A stretch of 64,000 nt of DNA from Octopus bimaculoides. Its lineage: Eukaryota. The position numbers and the translations under genes are program-made. Shown here piece after piece: positions 44,601 to 54,700 of this stretch. Numbering within the stretch: the stretch's first letter is position 1; each line of letters begins with the position of its first letter. The notes below the pieces were generated by a model, which was not told the origin of the DNA, did not search any database, and saw nothing but the letters and a program-made list of their open reading frames with translations. The DNA lies in assembly GCF_001194135.2 (NCBI RefSeq), contig NC_069002.1, positions 37,120,646 through 37,184,645 on the forward strand, in the 5' to 3' direction.

Positions 44601-47600
44601 CCTTGTCCAGTGGGGAGGTGTCAGTGAACCACTTTTATACTGGCCAAGTTACAATATACCACAACAGGAGAAAAATAAGCTGCAGCTGCATGTAATTAAT
44701 AATTCAATTGAGAATTTAATTTAATTTTATATAAATTTGTTCCATGGTGAAAAGTGAATTGAGATCAGTTTTGGACAGGGTTCTTTCTTCAAAGAAAAGA
44801 GACACGTAGTCCCAAGTTAGATTGAGAAGATCTTAGAACCAAAGACAGCTCCGATTTTCTTGCAGTGGAAAACATTTTAGACTGATGAAAAGTTTGGCAT
44901 TTTGGAATACGTGAAGTTTAATGGTTAAAACTATAAATGAAAAACGATGAAATCTAACAATAAAAGATAACTTTCTTAAAGAAATTGCACATAAAAATAA
45001 TAAAACCTACCGATCCATCGGGCATCTCCATTGTTTTAGAAGATTGTAAAAGCTGAATCATGGCATCTGCTAAGTAACCTTCCGATGCCAGTTGATAGCC
45101 AGGGGACTTTGGGCTAGAATTGAAGTCTCCACAAATCACATGAGGGTTAGAGTCACTGCCAGCTCGATTTACAACTTCCCTGATAGCTCGTGCAATCTAA
45201 AACATAAGAAAAAAAAACAAACTATTAAGGTTTTTCTCCATTGGCACAAGGACACAAATTTGTATTTGTAAGTCAATTGAAAACCAACCATGCTACTTTT
45301 GTAACATTTTATTGATGTAAAATGAAGTGAGACAAAAATGACCTGAATAGGAATCAAACTTACGACTAAACTAAATAGACTAAACAATCTGATATTACAT
45401 TTCTGCAATTCTTCCATAACAAGGATGATAACAGCCATCATTAAGGCCACACAATTAGAGGAAGATCACTAATTAATTGAACAGCATAATTATTGATTGC
45501 AATTTTGACACCCCACCACCACTACCATATCTAGTTTATCTGTTTACCCATGTTACCATTTGTTAGACAAATATATTGAGGTATAGTTTTACAGCCAAAT
45601 GCCCTTCCTGTCACTAATTTATACCTGTTTAACCATTTAGCATTTAAACTGGCCGTAAAAATAAACAATCACGTCAATAAAATGATTAATTTTAAAAAAT
45701 GTCAACATGCTAAAGAGTTAAAGTAAAAAAAAATTTTATTCCACAAATCTTAGAAAGCAGCAGAGACGATGACACCACCACCTGCAGCTCAGCAATTTTT
45801 GGAGAAGCATAAATTGAAATTAACTCTCACATACACCAGCAAAAACTGCCTCTATCGCTCTATGTACATTCACATACAAATGACAAGCTTCTAGTTTCCA
45901 CCTTATCAGATTTTATTCCAAAATATTAGCCAGCCTGTGTTGAAAGATTTTTGTTCAATATGTTATACAGTTGAAAAGCAAAGCCAGAACCACATAGTTG
46001 CAAGGCTATGCCATCTTAACAGCAAATACACTGAGCCCAAAAGAAGTCACTTACCTGGACACACTGAATGTTCGGAAGCTTGAAATTGCCCCAGTTGATA
46101 TGAACATTTCCAACTGTGATAAACTTGCCAGTATTTTTACATCGAAGCCTTGTAACAAGAAGTACATCAGGCAGACACATGAAGCGACGTACTGATTCTT
46201 TAACTTCTTCCGAGAGACTCATTTCTTGAATGTCCTATACAGAGAAATACAATTGCAGCCACGTATTAAGTAGAATTAAAAACTTAACATTTTTGAAGAG
46301 GACTTGAGATTTGGTCCAGTAGAAAAAAGTTTACATCAAAATTTCTGCAATGTTATAGGAGAGTAAGTGACACCTCCAATCAAGTTTAGATGTAATTTTT
46401 TTTATTTAAAAGCAAAATATATTTATCTTAGCTTCAATAATAGAAGAAAGCATAAAGAATTTCAGTTTTGGTCCCAAGCAACAAAAATTTGTATTAAAAA
46501 AAGTTGTGAGGTAAAATATCATGAAAAAAAATAGAAGGCAAAAATTTGTTGCTACAGGTAGATTGTACTAACTAATTATGTACTACTACTATTTTTTATA
46601 ATTGTAAAGTATGTTTAGAAAGTAGTTACTATGGACTTTTCATAGTGAGGCCAGGCAGTGGACAAGTTTCATGACCAACCATTTCACCTTGGTGAATAGT
46701 TGGAATTAGAACCAGCCTAGAAGAACTGAATACAGTACTGCTATTTACAAAGACAGCAGCTCTCCTCAGCAGTCATTTTACATCCATTGTTCCATGCTAG
46801 CATGGGCTGAACAATAAATACTATTGAGGCTTTTTTAACAGCTGGCTGCCCTTCCCATTGATAACCCAGGGGATATTTTTTTGTTTTGCTCTACTTGTCT
46901 TCAGAAGCACAGTTATAAGGATAACGTTTCTCACAAGGAATGTCGAACAAAAACTGTTTTTAGCTCAATGTTTTCATAAACACACAGATTGTAAACACTC
47001 ACTCAGACACACACACACACACACATGCGTGCAATGAACTTCCAAAGTTTCTGTTTATCAAATCTGGAGCCACGACAGAAGACATGATCCCATGCTAACA
47101 TGCAGTAAAACAGAACTTGAGCCGACATGAAACAAAGTGAACTCCATATCCCACACGACCAAGCCTAGTTGAGTGGGAGAGAACTTTGGGTTCTTTAGTC
47201 TTGGATGTTACAAGGCCACCACTTCACCAGTGCTGGAAAAGAAAAAACAAAACAAAAACAAAACCCACTGTGTAAAATGGCAGATATTAGGAAGGGTACC
47301 AGTCATTAAAACCAAACCAAAGATATTAGAGTGCAGCAGTCTTGCAATTTGTTGGGTCCTTGTCAAACTATCTTGCTGATGCCAGCATGAAAATAGACAT
47401 AAAATGATAATGATTACAATGACGATTCTGTCACATAAATTGCAGAGCTAGTAACAGGATTTAAAGAGCAAAAGCTCCTCCAGGCTACTTGTCCAACAAG
47501 TGTAATGAACCTGTCCTCAGTGATCCTGCAGATGAAGCCCAGTTGTCCACAACAAAAGAGATATATATATATTTACCTTGTCTATTAACTGTTTGAGACT

Positions 47601-49486
47601 GTAAGCTGTATTTTCAGGATCAGAAAAACGACTTGTCTTATAAAATGTTGTTTCCCCTTCATCATAGTTTTCATGAACTCTTTTTTTGTAAAAACCTTCA
47701 TACCCCAATCTGAAATTAAAGTAAAATTAATCAATAAGTTACAATGTTTTAATTAAAAAAAAATACAGCTTACAGAATATATTATAAATTTTTTAAAATT
47801 ACAAAAATACAGAATTACAACTCTTCATGGCAGTGAATGCAGACAACATTGGAATGTTCTTGGCAAACATGGATATTACAATTCTTACATGTAGTACAAG
47901 TCTTCCTGTCTTTTTTTAGGCCACATAAAGAACATCTTCCTTTTTCTTGGGCTGAGAAATCTCAAATGAAGTTTTCTTTTTTTGTTTCGTTAGAAGACTG
48001 TTGTTTATCACGTTCTTGTTTAGCATTAACTCCAGCAAGCTCCTCTCCTAACGGAATTAGGCACCGTCTTCTTTTATCCTTGAAACTTTAAAAGTGAAGC
48101 AGTTTAGCAACAATGAAAGCATTCACTGCACTTATATCAATCATGTTGTAGAATATAACCATGGGCCATCTTCGAGTCATTCTGTTGTAAGTGTATATAT
48201 ATCCTTACCATCTTATCTAGAGTATCAAATCCTCCTTTTGTTTTGTTGTAACATGTTATAACTCCAGGTTTCTTCTCAGCACTTTTCGAATCAATTGAAG
48301 GCTGAGAATGCATTGTACTCATAAGTGTGACTCTGTAATTTTTCTTGGGACAATAAGATAAGATCATAGAATCCTTTCGAAATCCAAATATTGTGCTCTT
48401 GATTTCTCTTTCTTGTCCATTTGTGAAAGCACTTGCCAGTTCAACTCTGTTCTTTCTAACTGTTCCAACTGAAGTAGTTTTCTTGCTAAGCAGCTTTCGA
48501 ACCAATCCTAGACATGGAAAAAAATTATCACAAATTCTATTGCAACCAGTTTTTTCAAGTTCTTCTACAAGGTCTTCAACAACTCTTGAACCTCCCTTTT
48601 ACTGGGCCCTTTCCAGTGTAGAATTGCATTTTCTAGGCATAAGATGTTTCACTGTCACATATTGCTCATACTCAGAATGGGTAGCGCCCTCTGAATGAAA
48701 CTAATTGTTCAACTCTCATGCGTGAAATTGGAACATATCGATCTTGCAAATTCTGATTCCACATTTCAAATACTTCATATCTATGTATATATGTGTGTGT
48801 GTGTATACGGGTGTCTGCTAGCAGCTAAGCCCGGTTTCATCCAGCTCGTATGGATGATGTGGTTGTAAAACCTGCTCTGTGTAAGCATTCAACTTGCTTA
48901 GGCACGCTTATGTTAAAAAACAATTTTAGAATGACTTTTTTCTGTCAAAACGCTAAAAACAGCTGACCAAAAGAAAAACACCCAATCAAGATTCAATCAA
49001 ATCAAAAAATATACCCAAATACTAAGCGAACAAAGATGAACCATACCACTTCCAATGCGCGCACACAGAGTTGAAACGCTGTTTGACTTATTTTTTCAGC
49101 ATACAATTTTCATCACCCCACGACCAAGTAGGACATCATCCCTTCCTCCCTTATTCATCTACCACCCCTTCCTTTCTCATTCATAAACACAAGAGTATTA
49201 TTATAGTAGATTATCTTGGTAACCATATACAAAGCCCAGCATCACCACTGGATTATTCTACATGGCTGTGAATTTTTTGCGCAATCCCACCCAGTCATTT
49301 GACCACAAATCCCAAGACGAGAAAGAATCGCCCATGTCAAATTTATATGTATAGATATAGATATCATCATCATCGTTTAACGTCCGCTTTCCATGCTAGC
49401 ATGGGTTGGACGATTTGACTGAGGACTGGTGAAACCGGATGGCAACACCAGGCTCCAATCTAATTTGGCAGAGTTTCTACAGCTGG

Positions 49487-49527
<41 letters not shown>

Positions 49528-49904
49528 ACTACATATGTGGGAAATTCTATGGTTTGAACTAAGCTTTATTGCCAATTCTTCAACTGATAATGCCGGGTTT
49601 TNNNNNNNNNNNNNNNNNNNNNNNNNNNNNNNNNNNNNNNNNNNNNNNNNNNNNNNNNNNNNNNNNNNNNNNNNNNNNNNNNNNNNNNNNNNNNNNNNNN
49701 NNNNNNNNNNNNNNNNNNNNNNNNNNNNNNNNNNNNNNNNNNNNNNNNNNNNNNNNNNNNNNNNNNNNNNNNNNNNNNNNNNNNNNNNNNNNNNNNNNNN
49801 NNNNNNNNNNNNNNNNNNNNNNNNNNNNNNNNNNNNNNNNNNNNNNNNNNNNNNNNNNNNNNNNNNNNNNNNNNNNNNNNNNNNNNNNNNNNNNNNNNNN
49901 NNNN

Positions 49905-49954
<50 letters not shown>

Positions 49955-51304
49955 TATATACACACACACACACATATATATACATACATATACACATATA
50001 TATGCAGATATACAGGAGTGGCTGTGTGGTAAGTAGTTTGCTTAACAACCACATGGCTCCGGGTTCATTCCCACTGCGTGGCATCTCGGGAAAGTGTCTT
50101 CTACTATAGCCTTGGGCTGACCAAAGCCTTGTGAGTCGATTCAGTAGACGGAAACTGAAAGAAGCCCGTCGTATATTTGTATATATATATATATATATGT
50201 ATGTGTTTGTCCCCGCCCAACATCACTTGACAACCAATGCTGGTGTGTTTAGGTCCCCGTAACTTGGCGGTTCGGCAAAAGAGACCGATAGAATAAGTAC
50301 TAGGCATCTAAAGAATAAGTCCTGGGCTTGATTTGCTCGACTAAAGGCAGTGCTCCAGCATGGCCACAGTCAAATGACAGAAACAAGTAAAAGAGTAAAA
50401 AGAGAGTATATATAGATATATATATAAATATATAAATCAGAAATGATCTAATTATAAACCTCACAGAGAGACTTAAGCAGCAGTGTTATGATAAAGCAGT
50501 TGTATACTGTCAACTCAACGTGACAGTCCCAATAAGGGAATCATACTGCTGCTATTTAGCCTGGACCGCTTCCTGTCAGCCTTGACACATTTCCTGTGTC
50601 CTTATGTTTGTGAGGGGGAGACAAGCACATCCACCCAGCCTAGCCTGCATTCAGGGACATGTTTCTGAGTCTTTGCTCGTCATCAGCCTGAAGTACCAAC
50701 ATTAGCTGGCTGAAAATGCCTGTCAACCCCTCGCAAACANNNNNNNNNNACATGTTTCTGAGTCTTTGCTCGTCATCAGCCTGAAGTACCAACATTAGCT
50801 GGCTGAAAATGCCTGTCAACCCCTCGCAAACATATATATTTCAAGTGAAAACACATCCACTGATTACAAAAATTAGAAATGATCTAATTATAAATCTCAC
50901 AGAGGGACTTAAGCAGCAGTATTACGATAAAGCAGTTGTATACTGTAAACTTAACATGACAGTCCCAATAAGGGAATCATACTGCTGCTATTTAGCCGAG
51001 GAAGCTGGACAAATGCCTGACTGGCCTTCGTGCCGGTGGCACGTAAAAGCACCCACTACACTCTGAGTGGTTGGCATTAGGAAGGGCATCCAGCTGTAGA
51101 AACTCTGCCAAACCAGATTGGAGCCTGGTGTAGCCGTCTGGTTTCACCAGTCCTCAGTCAAATCGTCCAACCCATGCTAGCATGGAAAGTGGACATTAAA
51201 CAACGATGATGATATATACATATATAAACATATGTTGAAGTAAATGTTTTTTTTTGTGTTTTTAAATGGCTTATAAACACCTTCCATGCTGCAATTGTGT
51301 TTAC

Positions 51305-51361
<57 letters not shown>

Positions 51362-51654
51362 ATATACATACACACACATATATGTATACATATACATAAA
51401 TATATATACATGTACACATATATATATTTACATGTATATATATATATATGTATGGATACATGTATATATATATGTATAAATAATACAAAATGGGACAAGG
51501 ATGCAAAACATCCAGACAGTTAGGTGATACACGAAAGGGACAAAACATAGATACACGATACCAAAAAACCCCAAAAAAGGTCATTTGGAGTTTTCTCTCT
51601 TCAGTCGAGATCCAGATTATCCTTGCAATTTCGGCTGGTTGTATATGTATGTAC

Positions 51655-51709
<55 letters not shown>

Positions 51710-54700
51710 CATATATATGTATTTATAGATTTAAACCAAAATTTAGCAAAAATATTGTATCTGTTATCAAACGTAGCAAAATACTCACAAGTGAATTTTT
51801 GTATTTATATCAATTTAAATAAGAGCTAAAATCTGATCCGTTTTAAAGACTTTATTATGACTTATGATCATTTCGATGCAATATCCAGATCGATTCATGC
51901 ATATTATAAAATATGGGATATTGTATCTCCTCAGGGTCGTATTAATACAAAGCAGACAGTAAAAATAAATAACATTCATAGACAAGATTCATAGTTGGCC
52001 TATAATTATATGTAAATAAACAAGTTGAAAAGACACGAGCTGCAATACCACCGTACAGCATATCAGTGTTGAAACCGTAAGAAGACCAAGCAAATGATAA
52101 CTGATGCAAATTTATGATGTTATTCTGTGAATTTCGATAACAAACCAATACGGAATGCTGTACATTTCAAAAAAGACCATTGGAGTTATGAAAGTAAATA
52201 AAAAATTCAGACTGAAAAAAACCGTTAGATATTAAAAATTTTTTAAAAATATAACAATATATTTTTTACACAAGTTAATGGTCACATCCACGCCCAACAA
52301 GCTTCCGCACAGTTTCTGTTTACCAAATTTCACTAACAAACTTTTCATTAACTAGAGTTATTTGTGAAAGGTGCTACACTTTGTGATTAAACTACACACA
52401 ATCACACACAAGTCAATCTGGAAAGTTAATAAAATAAAATGACTTACTTTTGCATATCAGGAGAGAGTGTCTTGCTATAGTACTCCGGTTCTACTTCCTG
52501 CAAACATACAACATCAGCATCTATGTAGGAGAGTTCAGCCATCAACCGTTTATGACGAGCTGGGAGCTCCAGAAAGAGTTTTTCTTCAGCAGGATAACGG
52601 TCTTTTATAACCTTGTGAAAATGACAGTCGGCAAGAATATTGTACGATACAACACTGAACTGTCTGCTCTTGTCCATAATTGTGTTGCTAGGGAGGGCTG
52701 GGTTGAATCTGAAAGTGCGACTGAGCAAGGTGTCTCGATTCGGGCTACTTCCTGAAGGACTACAACTCAACCCAGAACTTGCTGAGAGTTTAGGCAACTG
52801 AGGAGGAGCTGCACTCTGAGATGTAGGCAGTGGATGTTTCAGAGAGGGTTTCGGATTACTAGGCTGAGATTTCGGCAGTGACTGCCGAACTTCAACACTG
52901 TCTTTGGGAGGGACATCATCCTTGTTCACAACAACATAGTCTGTTAGTAAAGCATCAACATTTGAGCTGCTCTGTGTACTTGACTGAGAAACTTCTGTGG
53001 TTTCTGTCTTGTTTACTTTGCTTTCACCAGCAATCCTAGATGCTTGCTGAGAGCTTCTACTGGTCTTCTGGCCGTTAGCAACAAGATCTGCTTCTTCCTC
53101 AGCACTACGAGCTTTCTTTGAGCCGTGTGCGTCTTCCTCTGAGGAATCAGCTTTACGCTTTTTGCTTAGATCACATACTTGTTGAGATTCTGTTGACGTC
53201 TTGGTGCCGTTGATACCGTCAACTGATTCAGCTTTTGACGAGCCAGATGAAGTAACTAATAAAGGAGTACTGACAGGAGCAAAAGTGCTAACGGGGTGAC
53301 CTGCTGCTGAGTATGCAGGTTTGTTAAGTTGTGGTGTATTTACAGAACTTCCTGTGTTGTGCTGAGGTTTGGATGACATCATCTTGCTATCATGGCTGCT
53401 AGTTGTCACATTTAGTGCTCCACAACCGGTTACTGGAACTCCAGTCTTTGGATTTGATGTAACTGCTAGACTAGGCACTTTGTCGTGAGGTCCACTGAGA
53501 GGTTTGCTTCCAACTACAGTAGCATCAGGGACCATCGATTTCACTTTGAAACTGTCTTGGCTGTTGGCTGCAGATGCCTTTAAATCAATAGTTTCCTTCC
53601 TAAATTGATCTGTATTCCCAGGTGGGGACAAAAGGGGTTTAGGTTTATTGGCAGACAGATTGACTTCTTGAGGCTCTGATGCTCTTACAGTCTGAACGAC
53701 TGACTTTTGGGGATGTTGCAGCTGTTCACATTTCTGCTCTAAATTAAAACCTTTAGCATAGCTGACTGGTGATCCCTGTGGCCGGGGCATGTATGGATTT
53801 GACCCATCAGATTTAGGCATGTAATGTCCACCATACGGCTTCTGAGTCATATCAACTGGTAACCTTCCACAACCAGGATCAGAGCTCTTTGATGAAGACA
53901 TATATTTAGAGGGGTCCATGCCAAAAACAGGCACGGGTTGGGATTTCTCATGTAAAGATTTCGTTCTGTCTGTGTCTGCAGATGTGTTACTACCATGTGA
54001 CAATGTCTCCATCTTATTTGGAGATGGAGGCACAGAAGGAGATTGGCCAGAAGGGTGTGAAGAAATAGGTTTTGAAGCAGAACCCATGGCATGTAAAACA
54101 ACTGGCTTTGAAGAAAGGCCACTTTCACTAGATTGTATCTGAGGTTTTGGAGGAGCAACACCAGCCATGTGAGTTACCTGTGGCTTTTGTAAGGCAATCC
54201 CAGCCATATGTGTCACTGGAGGTTTTGAGAGTGCTGGCGATGGAGATGAAACTTTTGGTGGGACAGTTCCTGTCATATGAGTTATCTGAGGTTTACCAGA
54301 TGAAATGCTTGTACCATGAGCAACCACAGCCTTAGATGTTACCACCCCTGTCATATGAGTAATTTGAGGTTTGGCTGAATGAGCCATAGGAGGTTTCGAT
54401 GCAGCAATACTTCCAGGTGGACTGCCTGGAAGCTTGGCAAAACCAGCGCTGGGATGATGAGCTTCTTGAGTGGCTGGTTTGGGGGGCATTGTTCCCATAT
54501 GCCGTGACATGGCTGCACTATCTGCTGGAGACGAGGGTGTCTTTGGCATGGCAGACATAAGCATTGGATTTGAAGGGAATGTTGGAGAAAACGATTTGCT
54601 GGCTGACATATCAGATGTTGACATTGGTGGTTTTGATGACGACGAATAATAAACAGGGTTTGATGGAGCTGCATCAGATGGCAAGATAGGCTTCATGGAT

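Noticed and set aside
49439-50084. Long ORFs rich in X or YI/HT repeats (also 33237-33944 and 62196-62971)
   Set aside because: Artefacts of N-gaps and (TA)n/(CA)n tracts.
50015-50100. tRNA genes
   Set aside because: A/B-box-like motifs belong to SINE heads; no complete cloverleaf was found in the window.
50657-50832. Exact 83-bp duplication (second hammerhead copy) across the 10-N gap
   Set aside because: Identical sequence on both sides of a placeholder gap is typical of unmerged contig overlap. It is treated as an artefact, although a true tandem dimer cannot be excluded without long reads.
51554-51609. Third hammerhead-like string on minus (CUGAAGA GAG AAAA CUC CAAA ... GUA)
   Set aside because: The essential GAAA reads CAAA and stem III does not pair; at best a dead relic.
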